64,000 nucleotides of DNA from Chitinophaga pinensis (GTDB lineage Bacteria; Bacteroidota; Bacteroidia; Chitinophagales; CAIOSU01), in contig CAMDKI010000006.1 of the NCBI GenBank assembly GCA_945901065.1, positions 88,876 to 152,875 of the forward strand, given 5' to 3'. The position numbers and the translations under genes were made by a program. A model generated the notes under the pieces. The model worked only from the letters and a program-made list of their open reading frames with translations. It was not told the DNA's origin and did no database searches. Of this stretch, positions 36,065 to 46,668 are shown one piece after another. Positions within the stretch are counted from its first letter, which is position 1. The number at the start of each line of letters is the position of its first letter.

Positions 36065-36994
36065 TCAAAACACCTTTTGGTACAGTTCTTTGCTTGGTTC
36101 TTCAGCAACTGGTTTGCGAGTTTCCAGTATTTCGAGCACGTTGTTTTTGATGTTGTGCGCTATGTCGCCAGTAGGTAAATCATTACAATCTAGACCAAAA
36201 GGGTCTTCAATTTCGGCGGCCATCATCTCTAAGCCGATAAAGGCAAAGAACACAATCATTACAATTGGAATGGTGAAATACCCAAAATCTTGCACCAACC
36301 CAAAAGGCAAAAACGCCCCATAAAGCATTATAAAGATTTTGATGTAAACGGCATAAGAGAACGGTATCGGGGTTTTGCGGATACGCTCGCAAGCTCCCAT
36401 TACATCAAGTAAATGGGTAATGGGTGGTTTAAGGTTCAGTAGGTCCTCAGCAGTTATGTCTCCCTTTTTAAAAGCATCCTGTATGCGGCCAAACATTAAG
36501 GATACGATATGGTTGGGTATATGATTCTTGGTTTTGTATTGCTCCCTTTCTTCTGGTTGCAGCAAAATCAAGTCATCAATATTCACGCCCGTGCGCAAGT
36601 GGTCGCGCAAGGCAATGCAAAAATTGGCCATGTGCTTGGCAAAGAATTTACGGCTCTCTTCGTCCTCCTTCGGGAAGGTAGCGTGAACGGTAATGGCCAG
36701 ATCGCGACAGGTGTTTACCAAAGCTCCCCACTGCTTACGTCCTTCCCACCAGCGTTCGTAGGCTGTATTGGTGCGGTAAACCAGCACTATACTCAGGGCT
36801 ACGCCCAATAGAGAATATACACCAGTATTAGTGCCTACATGCTCCAACAGCCCAAAATGCAATACCACAAAACAGAATATGCCCGCAAACAAGCCCATTA
36901 GCATTACCGCACGCACTATTTTTTGTAGAGTCCAGCTGCGGTGCAGGTGCACCACGTCCTTCATCCAGTTCTTGTTGGGTTCGTATATTACCAT
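36065..36994 (-). CDS. Bestrophin-family (UPF0187/YneE-like) anion channel, paralog 1
   Basis: Contains RTNTAYERWWEGRKQWG and KTPIPFSYAVYIK, with 4 TM segments; 309 aa. Confidence 0.85.
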   Translation of the reverse strand: MVIYEPNKNWMKDVVHLHRSWTLQKIVRAVMLMGLFAGIFCFVVLHFGLLEHVGTNTGVYSLLGVALSIVLVYRTNTAYERWWEGRKQWGALVNTCRDLAITVHATFPKEDEESRKFFAKHMANFCIALRDHLRTGVNIDDLILLQPEEREQYKTKNHIPNHIVSLMFGRIQDAFKKGDITAEDLLNLKPPITHLLDVMGACERIRKTPIPFSYAVYIKIFIMLYGAFLPFGLVQDFGYFTIPIVMIVFFAFIGLEMMAAEIEDPFGLDCNDLPTGDIAHNIKNNVLEILETRKPVAEEPSKELYQKVF

Positions 36995-36997
36995 TTT

Positions 36998-37143
36998 GTC
37001 AATTTGAAAATTTGAGAATGTGCTAATTTGAAAATGCCCTATAACAACCCCTCGCTACTTTAATCGACAACTTTTGATAGAGTAAATATCCAAAAATGGT
37101 AAAAATCCATTTTCAAATTTTCAAATTGGCTCACTTCCAAATT
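36998..37143. repeat. REP-like intergenic element (copy E). Left arm 36998-37036, right arm 37107-37143.
   Basis: Left arm gtcaatttgaaaatttgagaatgtgctaatttgaaaatg. Right arm ccattttcaaattttcaaattggctcacttccaaatt. It fills the whole spacer between the two bestrophin paralogs. Confidence 0.85.
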
Positions 37144-37145
37144 AA

Positions 37146-38075
37146 TTAGTGTATATCATTATAATCTGTTGCAGTCTTGCTATCCACCACCGGGTTGCGC
37201 GCCTCCAATATTTCAAATACATTGTTCTTAATGGTATGCGCTATGTTGGCGGTTGGTAAATCGTTGTTATCATTGCCAAAAGGTTCTTCTATTTCTTCGG
37301 CCATTAACTCTAGCCCTACAAACGCAAAAAATACAATCATGGTCATGGGTATGGTCCAGTATCCGAAGTCTTCAACCAACCCCAAGGGCAAAAACAAGCC
37401 GTAAAAAATGATAAACATTTTAATATAGATTGCGTACGAAAACGGAATAGGGGTTTTCTTTATTCGCTCACAGGCACCCAAAATATCGAGCAAGGCCGTT
37501 ATTTGCGGCTTAATATTGAGAAAATCCATGTCCTTGATTTCGCCATTACGGTAAGCCTGCTCAACCCTGTTGTAAAGCACGAAGGTGATGTAATTAGGAA
37601 TGTGATTTTTGGTTGCATACAACGCCCGCTCTTCCGGTTTCATGAGTATTAGTTCTTGCACCTGCGCACCATCTCGCAAATGCTCTTTGAAGGCAATACA
37701 AAAATTTGAAATATGCTTAGCGAAAAACTTTCGGGTTTCCTTATCCTCTTCGGGCAATGCGGCGTGAAGCATAATAGCCAAATTGCGGCAGTTGTTTACC
37801 AACGAACCCCATTGTTTGCGGCCTTCCCACCACCTATCATAAGCAGTATTGGTTCGAAAAGCTAGCACAATACTAAGTGCTATACCCAACAATGAATAAA
37901 CACCAGAACCCATTCTCAACGCGCCATGTAAATCAAAATAATCAACAATAACGCAAAGCAAGGCGGTAGCCAAACCAATGCCTGCTACCGCCAGCAAAAT
38001 TTTGCGCATGGTGGTATTTTCGTAAATGTGCGATAAATCGCGGAGCCAGTTTTTATTGGGTTGGTAGTTAATCAT
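37146..38075 (-). CDS. Bestrophin-family (UPF0187/YneE-like) anion channel, paralog 2
   Basis: Same length (309 aa) as paralog 1 and colinear with it, with the same motifs (RTNTAYDRWWEGRKQWG, KTPIPFSYAIYIK). Confidence 0.85.
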   Translation of the reverse strand: MINYQPNKNWLRDLSHIYENTTMRKILLAVAGIGLATALLCVIVDYFDLHGALRMGSGVYSLLGIALSIVLAFRTNTAYDRWWEGRKQWGSLVNNCRNLAIMLHAALPEEDKETRKFFAKHISNFCIAFKEHLRDGAQVQELILMKPEERALYATKNHIPNYITFVLYNRVEQAYRNGEIKDMDFLNIKPQITALLDILGACERIKKTPIPFSYAIYIKMFIIFYGLFLPLGLVEDFGYWTIPMTMIVFFAFVGLELMAEEIEEPFGNDNNDLPTANIAHTIKNNVFEILEARNPVVDSKTATDYNDIH

Positions 38076-38422
38076 CGTTGCAAAGATTCAAAATTGATTG
38101 CGCATTGTTTATTTAAAAAATCGAAACTTTTTAAAACAACTTTGTCAAAATATGGGTTAGATTGCTAGGAATTCAGCGGTAATTGCGTACGGTCTAAATT
38201 TCATTTTTTAAAAAACCACTGTCATTTTTGAATGACAAATATCACTTATTGCCCTCAAACATTCTCTCATTGCAATTGTTAACTTTACGCTACCCTGATT
38301 AAGTGAGTATTTAGACACAATCTAAATTAGTACAAAAATGCAATTAGTGTTTTGTAAATGGCGGAACTTATTGCATCCTTAAGTACATTTGCAGCATATT
38401 CTGGTTAAACGGTTAAAGGTAC

Positions 38423-39118
38423 ATGAGCACACAAACTACAAACTCTTTCTTCCTGAGTTCTTTGTCGAAAAAATATTTTATGGCTGCTACCGGCCTTTTC
38501 CTGTGTATATTTCTACTAGGACACTTAGCCGGTAACCTTCAATTATTCATGACCGACGAGGCAGGTAAATTGCAATTTAACGAGTATGCTAAGTTTATGA
38601 CCACCTTCCCGGCCGTAAAAATACTTTCTTACCTAACCTACTTTAGCATTGTGTTTCATGCTATCGATGGCCTTTTGCTTACTTTAAAAAATCGCAAAGC
38701 CAGACCTGTGGGATACGCTTACAGCCGCCCCGATAAAAATTCTAGCTTCCCTGCCCGCAATATGGCTATTTTAGGTTCTCTGATGCTGGTGTTTATAGTA
38801 TTGCACATGAGCAACTTTTGGGTAAAAATGCACTGGGGCGAATTAAATGTGGACATATGGCTAGATGCTAATGGCAATAGAGATTTGCACTCCGTTGTTA
38901 TGCATTCTTTCAAACAACTATGGTACGTAATCGTTTATGTGTTGTGTATGGTTGCTATTGGTTTCCACCTATGGCATGGTTTCCAAAGTGGATTTCAATC
39001 ATTAGGTCTAAACCACCCACGTTACACTCCTATCGTCGAGAAAACTGGATATGCATTCGCAGTAATAGTTCCTGCCTTGTTTGGTATTATTCCGGTTTAC
39101 ATTTATTTCTTTGGATAA
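38423..39118 (+). CDS. sdhC: Succinate dehydrogenase/fumarate reductase cytochrome b subunit (b558 family)
   Basis: A 231-aa protein with 5 TM segments and conserved His residues, immediately upstream of sdhA. Confidence 0.85.
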   Translation: MSTQTTNSFFLSSLSKKYFMAATGLFLCIFLLGHLAGNLQLFMTDEAGKLQFNEYAKFMTTFPAVKILSYLTYFSIVFHAIDGLLLTLKNRKARPVGYAYSRPDKNSSFPARNMAILGSLMLVFIVLHMSNFWVKMHWGELNVDIWLDANGNRDLHSVVMHSFKQLWYVIVYVLCMVAIGFHLWHGFQSGFQSLGLNHPRYTPIVEKTGYAFAVIVPALFGIIPVYIYFFG

Positions 39119-39137
39119 GCGCTAATACATAATTTAT

Positions 39138-41078
39138 ATGTCAGAATTTAGGGAAAAAACATCGATAGTTGATGCTAGGGTACCGGAAGGGCCATTAGCG
39201 GATAAATGGGTGGAGCATAAAAACCATGTAAGGTTAGTAAGCCCTGGTAACAAACGCCGCATTGATGTGATAGTAGTTGGTACCGGCTTGGCTGGCGCAT
39301 CAGCAGCCGCTTCATTGGCCGAAATGGGATATAACGTTAAATCGTTTTGCTTTCAGGATAGCCCACGCCGTGCGCACTCTATTGCAGCACAAGGAGGTAT
39401 AAATGCAGCCAAAAATTACCAGAACGACGGTGATAGTACTTACCGACTTTTTTACGATACAATTAAAGGTGGGGATTACCGCTCTCGCGAAGCTAACGTA
39501 TACCGTTTGGCCGAAGTGTCAGCAAGTATTATTGACCAATGTGTAGCTCAAGGTGTGCCTTTTGCACGCGATTATGGTGGCTTGCTAGATAACCGTTCTT
39601 TTGGGGGCGTGCAAGTAAGTCGTACTTTTTATGCACGGGGCCAAACAGGACAACAATTACTTTTGGGCGCATACTCGGCTATGAGTCGTATGATTGCCAA
39701 AGGTGGTATAAAAATGTACAACCGCCACGAAATGCTTGATGTGGTTTTGGTTGAAGGTAAAGCGCGTGGTATAATTGCCCGCAACTTGCAAACCGGCGAA
39801 ATAGAACGCCACTCGGCACATGCCGTGGTGTTGGCTACAGGTGGCTATGGCAACGTGTTCTTTTTGAGCACCAATGCTATGGGCAGCAACGTAACGGCGG
39901 CTTGGAAAGCGCACAAAAAAGGTGCGTTGTTTGCCAACCCTTGTTTTACCCAAATCCACCCGACGTGCATACCAGTAAGCGGCGATCACCAATCGAAACT
40001 GACTTTGATGTCGGAATCGTTGCGCAACGATGGACGCATTTGGGTGCCTAAAAAGAAAGGCGATACCCGAAAACCAATAGACATACCTGAGGAAGAGCGC
40101 GATTATTACCTAGAGCGCCGCTACCCAGCCTTTGGCAACCTAGTGCCACGTGACGTGGCCAGCCGTGCCGCCAAAGAGCGTTGTGATGCAGGATATGGTG
40201 TTGGTGCTAGTAAGATGGCAGTTTATCTCGATTTTAAAGATGCCATCAATCGCATGGGCGAAGATGTGGTAGCCTCTAAATACGGTAACTTGTTCCAGAT
40301 GTATGAAAAGATTACCGACGAGAACCCATACAAAACCCCAATGCGCATATACCCTGCAGTGCACTATACTATGGGTGGCCTATGGGTTGATTATAACTTA
40401 ATGAGCAACGTGGAAGGGTTGTTTGTGCTTGGAGAGGCTAACTTCTCTGACCACGGAGCTAACCGTCTTGGTGCTTCGGCTTTGATGCAAGGCCTTGCTG
40501 ATGGTTACTTTGTATTGCCATATACTATTGGCGACTACCTAGCCGACGATATCCGCACAGGTGCCATATCTACCCAATCAAGCGAGTTTGATGCTGCTGA
40601 GAAGGAAGTAAAAAATCGTTTGCATCAATTAATGAATAATGGAGGAACCAAACCTGTGGATTACTACCACAAAAAGTTAGGTAAAATCATTTGGGAGCAA
40701 TGCGGCATGTCGCGCAACGCCGAAGGTTTGAAACAAGCCATTGCCGACATTAATGCCATACGCGAAGACTTCTGGAAAAATGTACGTGTACCAGGCACTG
40801 AAGGCGAGCTAAACCAAGAGCTAGAAAAAGCGGGCCGTGTAGCCGACTTTATAGAACTTGGTGCGCTTATGTGCCAGGATGCGTTAGATCGTAACGAATC
40901 TTGCGGTGGTCACTTCCGCGAAGAATTCCAAACCCCAGAGGGCGAGGCTTTGCGAGATGACGACAACTATGCTTACGTAGCAGCTTGGGAATACCAAGGT
41001 GCAGGTATGCCAGCTAGATTGCACAAAGAAGAGCTGCACTACGAGAACATTAAAATGGTACAGAGGAGTTATAAATAA
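39138..41078 (+). CDS. sdhA: Succinate dehydrogenase/fumarate reductase flavoprotein subunit
   Basis: FAD-binding [12 protein letters not shown] and [12 protein letters not shown] (covalent FAD His); 646 aa. Confidence 0.95.
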   Translation: MSEFREKTSIVDARVPEGPLADKWVEHKNHVRLVSPGNKRRIDVIVVGTGLAGASAAASLAEMGYNVKSFCFQDSPRRAHSIAAQGGINAAKNYQNDGDSTYRLFYDTIKGGDYRSREANVYRLAEVSASIIDQCVAQGVPFARDYGGLLDNRSFGGVQVSRTFYARGQTGQQLLLGAYSAMSRMIAKGGIKMYNRHEMLDVVLVEGKARGIIARNLQTGEIERHSAHAVVLATGGYGNVFFLSTNAMGSNVTAAWKAHKKGALFANPCFTQIHPTCIPVSGDHQSKLTLMSESLRNDGRIWVPKKKGDTRKPIDIPEEERDYYLERRYPAFGNLVPRDVASRAAKERCDAGYGVGASKMAVYLDFKDAINRMGEDVVASKYGNLFQMYEKITDENPYKTPMRIYPAVHYTMGGLWVDYNLMSNVEGLFVLGEANFSDHGANRLGASALMQGLADGYFVLPYTIGDYLADDIRTGAISTQSSEFDAAEKEVKNRLHQLMNNGGTKPVDYYHKKLGKIIWEQCGMSRNAEGLKQAIADINAIREDFWKNVRVPGTEGELNQELEKAGRVADFIELGALMCQDALDRNESCGGHFREEFQTPEGEALRDDDNYAYVAAWEYQGAGMPARLHKEELHYENIKMVQRSYK

Positions 41079-41182
41079 TTTGGAAGTTTGAAAATGTGCC
41101 AATTTTAAAATGGTGCTTTTCGATAGATAAAACAACTGTTTTTCGATTTCCAAATTTTCAAATTACCAAATTTTCAAATTGG
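41077..41182. repeat. REP-like intergenic element (copy F) inside the sdhA-sdhB junction. Left arm 41077-41112, right arm 41144-41182.
   Basis: Left arm aatttggaagtttgaaaatgtgccaattttaaaatg. Right arm cgatttccaaattttcaaattaccaaattttcaaattgg. The core contains a direct repeat of ttttcgat. Confidence 0.85.
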
Positions 41183-41187
41183 TTACA

Positions 41188-41961
41188 ATGAATTTAAAGC
41201 TAAAAATATGGCGCCAAAAGGGGCCGAAGGATAATGGCAAAATGGTTGACTACCCTATTAGTGGTATATCTCCAGACATGTCGTTTCTGGAAATGATGGA
41301 TGTGTTAAACGACCAGCTAGTAGAAAAAGGTGATTTGCCGGTTGCTTTTGACCACGATTGCCGAGAAGGTATTTGCGGTAGTTGCAGCATGTATATCAAC
41401 GGTGAGCCCCATGGCCCCGGCCGCGGCATTACCACTTGCCAATTGCACATGCGCTCTTTTGCTGATGGCGATACCATCCATATTGAGCCATGGCGTGCAG
41501 CGGCTTTCCCGGTAATCAAAGATTTGGTTACCGACCGCTCCGCATTCGACCGCATCATACAGGCCGGCGGATTTATTTCCGTTAACTCTGGATCGCCAGT
41601 AGATGCCAATGCAATACCGATTGACAAACATGACTCAGATAGAGCATTTGATGCAGCAACATGCATTGGTTGCGGTGCCTGCGTAGCTGCCTGTAAAAAT
41701 GCATCGGCTATGTTGTTTACCTCGGCAAAAGTTTCGCATTTGAGCCTATTGCCACAAGGGCAAGTAGAATCTCGAGACCGCGTACTGGCTATGATTAACC
41801 AGATGGACGAAGAAGGCTTCGGCAACTGTACTAACACTGGCGCTTGCGAAGTAGAATGTCCTAAAGGCATCAGCATCGAAAACATTGCTCGTATGAACCG
41901 TCAATATTTGGGCGCCGCTATAAGCTATTCTCCGCCTAAAGCAACAGGCGGCGGCGATTGA
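41188..41961 (+). CDS. sdhB: Succinate dehydrogenase/fumarate reductase iron-sulfur subunit
   Basis: Cys clusters [20 protein letters not shown] and [12 protein letters not shown]. Start placed at the ATG at 41188, because the ORF-track start at 41179 is a TTG inside the repeat. Confidence 0.93.
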   Translation: MNLKLKIWRQKGPKDNGKMVDYPISGISPDMSFLEMMDVLNDQLVEKGDLPVAFDHDCREGICGSCSMYINGEPHGPGRGITTCQLHMRSFADGDTIHIEPWRAAAFPVIKDLVTDRSAFDRIIQAGGFISVNSGSPVDANAIPIDKHDSDRAFDAATCIGCGACVAACKNASAMLFTSAKVSHLSLLPQGQVESRDRVLAMINQMDEEGFGNCTNTGACEVECPKGISIENIARMNRQYLGAAISYSPPKATGGGD

Positions 41962-42000
41962 TGCAACCTTGCAATCTTTTTTAACCTCATAACGTTTAAA

Positions 42001-42030
42001 AATACCGAGACTCTTCTCGGTATTTTTTTG
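42001..42030 (+). terminator. Rho-independent terminator of the sdh operon
   Basis: Stem ataccgaga (42002-42010) with tctcggtat (42015-42023), followed by a 7-nt T-run. Confidence 0.85.
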
Positions 42031-42067
42031 TTATTTTTACCTTATTGCGTATTTCAATTTTCTACCA

Positions 42068-44803
42068 ATGATGCACCGGGTACTGGTAATGTTCTTTTTG
42101 CTATTGAGCCTCAATGCATCGGCAACGCATTATCGGGCAGGTGAGCTTACCTTTCGCCAGTTAGGGTATTTATCTTATGAGGTTACCGTAACTACTTACA
42201 CTACTGCCCTAGCAAACCTTGAACCACCAGATACTGATACCCTACCCGTAGATTGGGGCGATGGTACCATAACCATGGCAGGCAGGGTAAACGCCAACTT
42301 CCCTAACTCCGACTACAAAATCAACGTATACAAAACTACGCATACCTACGCAGGCCCACTGCCCTATTACCTTATATCGATGGCCGACCCCAATCGAATC
42401 GGAGGAATTGAGAACATGAACAACAGCATCGGTACGCTGTTTTACATTGAAGATACTTTGCGCATTTACAATCCTTCTTTTATTGGCGGCAATAGTTCAC
42501 CAATACTGCTTACTCCCCCTATCGATTATGCCAACCTGAACGATACCTTTTTCCATAACCCAGGAGCATTTGACCCTGATGGTGATAGCCTAACTTTTGA
42601 GCTAGTAGTTCCTTTGCAGGGTACAGCAACTCCTGTATCATTGTACCGGCTACCCGATTTAATAAACCCAGGCATTGACAATAACTTCACACTAGATAAC
42701 GCCACTGGCGAAATAACGTGGGCCGTGCCTAAAAAAGCTGGAATTTACAATATTGCCATTTTGGTTCGTGAATACCGAGAAGGTACTTTGCTGGGAACTG
42801 TGCTACGTGACATGCAAATTATTGTGCGCGATTACATAAACGATCCGCCCGTGTTTGCCGAAATAAGGGACACCTGCATTATTGCGGGCACGCTGCTAAA
42901 CTTTCAAGTAAGTGCCACCGACCCCAATGTGCAAACCGTAAACATTGCTGCATATGGCGGACCATTAAATTTAGACCCAACGAATAGCCCTGCCGATTTT
43001 GTGAGCAACACCGGTAACCCAGCTTTCGGAACCTTCCAGTGGCAATCTATCTGCAACCATATACGCCGAGACCCTTATCAAGTAGTGTTCCGCGCCGTGG
43101 ATAATTATGTGGCCCCCGGCGGCCAGAGCGTGCCACTTACCGATGTGGAAACCATGCTGATTCGCATAGTTGGCCCTCCCCCACAAAACGTGATTGCAAT
43201 ACCGAATGTAAGCAATGATAATATTGATGTTTCATGGCAAGACCCCTATGCCTGCGGCCTGCAAGAAACCGACCGTTTCCTTGGGTTTACGGTATGGCGT
43301 CGTATCGGATCTAACCCGTTCCCTATTGATACCTGTACGGTGGGCCTAGCTGGAAGAGGCTATACCCAGATTTCGGACATGCAAATGGGCTTCACATTTT
43401 CTGATAGCACTGCTACTATTGGACAAACATACTGCTACCGTATTTTGGCCCATTTTGGCGACCGCACCAGCTTTGGTATTGTTTACAACCAAGTAGAAAG
43501 CTTACCTTCGGAAGAAGCTTGTACCCAACTTGCACGGAAGTTGCCCATAATTACCAATGTAGATGTAAATAGCACCGATGCTGCTACAGGTCAAATGTTT
43601 GTGCGCTGGGTAAACCCAATTGCATCGCCACAAGATTTAGACACAATTCTTTACCCAGGACCTTTCGAGTACAGGTTAATTCGGGGTGAAGGGCTGGATG
43701 GGGCCGCTAACCGCGTGCAGGTGGTAAACTACACCAGCAATACCTTTACCGGCCTTGACGATACCACCTTTACCGACAATGGTTTGAATACTTCTGGTAT
43801 TCCATATGCCTACGAAGTAGAATTCTATACCCAAGGGGGCATATTGCTTGGTTCCAGCGGACGGGCTTCTTCTATTTTCTTGAACACGATAGGCAACGAC
43901 CGCAGGGTAGATATGACTTTTGAATATCAAGTACCTTGGATTAATGCCCGCTTCGAAATAAACCGCAAAATTGGCGGCGTATTTACACCCATTGATACGG
44001 TAGATGTACCCGAATATGTTGACCGTAACTTGGTAAACGGCGACGAGTATTGCTACATGGTGCGCGGTTTTGGTGTATACACTATCCCATCGTTGCCCGA
44101 TACGTTGTTTAACAAATCGCAAGAAAGTTGTGCAGTGCCACAAGATTCGGTAGCACCTTGCGTGCCCGTGCTTATGGTAGCTAATAATTGTGGCAGCATT
44201 GAAAAAGGCGAGAATTGTGATGCGGAGGCAAATTCATTGAATAACAATCTGTCATGGAACAACGTAAACATTAGTTGCGACGAAAAAGATGCGCTTAAAT
44301 ACCGGATATATTATGCCGTGCCAGGTACTAGCGAGTTTAATTTGATTGATAGTGTGGCAAGTGCATCGGACACTACCTTTAGCCATAGGCCAATTGAAAG
44401 CACGCTTGCAGGTTGCTATGCCGTAACGGCCATTGATACGGTTGGAAACGAGAGTGCCTTCAGCAACATCATGTGCGTTGACAACTGCCCATGCTACATA
44501 TTACCCAACGTGTTTACGCCTAACAATGATGGCGACAATGATTTATACACCCCACGCAAACCCTATCTATTTGTTTACCAAGTAGATATGAAGATATATA
44601 ACCGTTGGGGCTATTTAGTGTTCGAAACCACTGATCCTAATGTAAACTGGGATGGGAACGATAGCAATGGCAAACCGCTGGGCGAAGATGTTTATTACTA
44701 CGTATGCCGTGTATTAGAGCTTCGCGATGCAGGTGTGGTCGAAAATCCTGAAATACTGAACGGCTACATCCATCTAATAAGGGGTAATGGAGGCAATAAT
44801 TAA
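42068..44803 (+). CDS. Large cell-surface protein with a gliding-motility-associated C-terminal domain (T9SS type B sorting domain, CHU_C)
   Basis: It has a signal peptide and an N-terminal ATHYRAGELTF motif. The C-terminus (CYILPNVFTPNNDGDNDLYTP...YNRWGYLVFET...WDGNDSNGKPLGEDVYYYV) is typical of the type B CTD. Confidence 0.88.
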   Translation: MMHRVLVMFFLLLSLNASATHYRAGELTFRQLGYLSYEVTVTTYTTALANLEPPDTDTLPVDWGDGTITMAGRVNANFPNSDYKINVYKTTHTYAGPLPYYLISMADPNRIGGIENMNNSIGTLFYIEDTLRIYNPSFIGGNSSPILLTPPIDYANLNDTFFHNPGAFDPDGDSLTFELVVPLQGTATPVSLYRLPDLINPGIDNNFTLDNATGEITWAVPKKAGIYNIAILVREYREGTLLGTVLRDMQIIVRDYINDPPVFAEIRDTCIIAGTLLNFQVSATDPNVQTVNIAAYGGPLNLDPTNSPADFVSNTGNPAFGTFQWQSICNHIRRDPYQVVFRAVDNYVAPGGQSVPLTDVETMLIRIVGPPPQNVIAIPNVSNDNIDVSWQDPYACGLQETDRFLGFTVWRRIGSNPFPIDTCTVGLAGRGYTQISDMQMGFTFSDSTATIGQTYCYRILAHFGDRTSFGIVYNQVESLPSEEACTQLARKLPIITNVDVNSTDAATGQMFVRWVNPIASPQDLDTILYPGPFEYRLIRGEGLDGAANRVQVVNYTSNTFTGLDDTTFTDNGLNTSGIPYAYEVEFYTQGGILLGSSGRASSIFLNTIGNDRRVDMTFEYQVPWINARFEINRKIGGVFTPIDTVDVPEYVDRNLVNGDEYCYMVRGFGVYTIPSLPDTLFNKSQESCAVPQDSVAPCVPVLMVANNCGSIEKGENCDAEANSLNNNLSWNNVNISCDEKDALKYRIYYAVPGTSEFNLIDSVASASDTTFSHRPIESTLAGCYAVTAIDTVGNESAFSNIMCVDNCPCYILPNVFTPNNDGDNDLYTPRKPYLFVYQVDMKIYNRWGYLVFETTDPNVNWDGNDSNGKPLGEDVYYYVCRVLELRDAGVVENPEILNGYIHLIRGNGGNN

Positions 44804-44918
44804 TTTGGAAATGCGACAATTTGAAAATTTGAAAATGTTGATTTAAACTTTTATCACCTCACTTTCACTTATCATTAACAGCTATTTTCAAATCGGCACA
44901 TTTTCAAATTTCCAAATT
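44802..44918. repeat. REP-like intergenic element (copy G). Left arm 44802-44837, right arm 44882-44918.
   Basis: Left arm aatttggaaatgcgacaatttgaaaatttgaaaatg. Right arm ctattttcaaatcggcacattttcaaatttccaaatt. Confidence 0.85.
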
Positions 44919-44926
44919 AAAACCCA

Positions 44927-45529
44927 ATGTTTACAGGCATTATAGAGACCCTTGGTACCGTAACCGACATACAACACGAAGGCACCAATGTGCATTTCAA
45001 AGTAAGGTCTTTTATCACTCCAGAGTTAAAAATTGACCAGAGCGTTTCGCACAACGGCGTATGTCTTACCGTAGTAGCGTTAGATGGCGATGTGCATACC
45101 GTAACCGCAATATTAGAAACCCTTAACCGCACCAACTTAGGCAGCTTGTCTGTTGGTAGTGTAGTAAACTTGGAGCGCGCCATGAGTGCCCATGCTCGGT
45201 TTGATGGCCATATGGTACAAGGACATGTAGACCAAACCGCCGAATGCTATCAAAAAGACACCTTGGGTGGTAGCTGGAAGTATTGGTTCAGGTACACTCC
45301 TTCAATAGATTTGTTGGTAGTGGAGAAAGGCTCTATTTGCGTTAATGGTGTGAGCTTAACCGTGGCTGATGTTGGCGAAGACCATTTTTCGGTGGCCATT
45401 ATACCATATACCTATGAAAATACTACCTTTTATACCTTGCAAGAAGGCGACCAAGTAAACTTAGAGTTCGATATTATCGGAAAGTATTTAGCCAAGCAAA
45501 TGAAGGCGTACCAATCACTCATTAAATAA
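44927..45529 (+). CDS. ribE: Riboflavin synthase (alpha chain)
   Basis: The N-terminus MFTGIIETLGTV and an internal duplication (GVCLTV / GVSLTV); 200 aa. Confidence 0.93.
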   Translation: MFTGIIETLGTVTDIQHEGTNVHFKVRSFITPELKIDQSVSHNGVCLTVVALDGDVHTVTAILETLNRTNLGSLSVGSVVNLERAMSAHARFDGHMVQGHVDQTAECYQKDTLGGSWKYWFRYTPSIDLLVVEKGSICVNGVSLTVADVGEDHFSVAIIPYTYENTTFYTLQEGDQVNLEFDIIGKYLAKQMKAYQSLIK

Positions 45530-45551
45530 CCAACACCAAAAAAGGGCAACT

Positions 45552-46022
45552 ATGGAACCAATACTCGACAGCAGTGAATTTTTGCAACCAATAAACATTG
45601 TAAAATACCGCCGCAGCCTGCTACCTTGGTGGATTAAAGGTTTCAGTTGGTTGTTTATGATATTTGGAATAATGATTTTTCCGATAAGTATCATGTCAAT
45701 ATTTGGAGTGCCAACAGAGTTGAGTTTATATGGAATTGAATCAACCTCCATCTTAAACCTAAATGGGGCTTTGGTAACTATTATGTTTTTAATTTCAGGT
45801 ATAGTAGGGTTTGCTTTGTTTTATGGCAAAGATTGGGCACTAAATGCGGGGCTTGTACTTTGCGCTGCGCATATAGTGCTGGTAGTACTTGTTTATGCAC
45901 TGCAGTTGGCCACACACGGGAGCAATTTAAGGTTTGAGTTTATTCTAGTTGTTCCGTTTTTTATTAAACTCTTGAAATTGAGACCACTGTGGCACGGCCC
46001 GCAAAATAATGTATCGATATAG
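45552..46022 (+). CDS. Hypothetical integral membrane protein
   Basis: A 156-aa protein with about 4 hydrophobic helices. No family recognised. Confidence 0.6.
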   Translation: MEPILDSSEFLQPINIVKYRRSLLPWWIKGFSWLFMIFGIMIFPISIMSIFGVPTELSLYGIESTSILNLNGALVTIMFLISGIVGFALFYGKDWALNAGLVLCAAHIVLVVLVYALQLATHGSNLRFEFILVVPFFIKLLKLRPLWHGPQNNVSI

Positions 46023-46124
46023 GTACCAACCTATAATTTACCTCGAAATAATCTTTATTTTCAGCTATTATATTTGGAGGTAGTTACTATCAAAAGATAG
46101 TAAAAAGAGAAACCTAACAACACG

Positions 46125-46661
46125 ATGCAGGTAAAACTAAATGGAAAAATACTGGAGCTGATAAAAGGCAACATAGTAGAACAACCCGATGTTGATGTAA
46201 TAGTAAATGCCGCTAATGCAGAGCTTCGCGCGGGTAGCGGGGTTGCTGGTGCAATACACGCTGCTGCGGGCCCTCAACTTTATCAAGCTTGCTTGCCATC
46301 TGCCCCTATCGTTCATGGAGATGCCATTATTACACCTGGCTTCAACTTGCCCAATAAGTATGTAATACATACACTGGGGCCCATTTACGGAATCGATAAG
46401 CCTTCTGATTATATTTTGGCCCGCTGCTACGAGCACTCGCTGCGTTTAGCCGACGAAAACGGATTGAAAAGCATCGCTTTCCCAGCAATTTCAACTGGCA
46501 TTTTTGGCTATCCAATGCGCGATGCCGCCGAAGTTGCGCTTAGTACTATAAAGCGAACACTGCAGCACATTCAGCATATTCAGTTGGTGCGTATTGTGCT
46601 TTTTTCGGCACAAGAACTAGAAATTAATGTAGATGTTTTGAACGATGTAGTAGAACAGTAG
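46125..46661 (+). CDS. Macro-domain protein (O-acetyl-ADP-ribose deacetylase, YmdB-like)
   Basis: Contains VDVIVNAANAELRAGSGVAGAIHAAAG and FPAISTGIFGYP. Confidence 0.88.
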   Translation: MQVKLNGKILELIKGNIVEQPDVDVIVNAANAELRAGSGVAGAIHAAAGPQLYQACLPSAPIVHGDAIITPGFNLPNKYVIHTLGPIYGIDKPSDYILARCYEHSLRLADENGLKSIAFPAISTGIFGYPMRDAAEVALSTIKRTLQHIQHIQLVRIVLFSAQELEINVDVLNDVVEQ

Positions 46662-46668
46662 TATAAGC

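Noticed and set aside
44803-44926. FMN riboswitch upstream of ribE, PyrR-binding attenuator upstream of pyrR, and cobalamin riboswitch upstream of the TonB receptor
   Set aside because: The ribE and pyrR upstream spacers are occupied by the repeat elements. They lack the conserved cores: there is no FMN-aptamer-like sequence and no UCCAGAGAGG PyrR box. The 108 nt upstream of the receptor gene (30414-30521) lack a B12 box.
46125-46661. Macro-domain gene as the antitoxin of a DarTG-type toxin-antitoxin or defence module
   Set aside because: The upstream neighbour is a small polytopic membrane protein with no DarT (DUF4433)-like features. The macro protein is a single-domain YmdB-like deacetylase with no fused partner domain.
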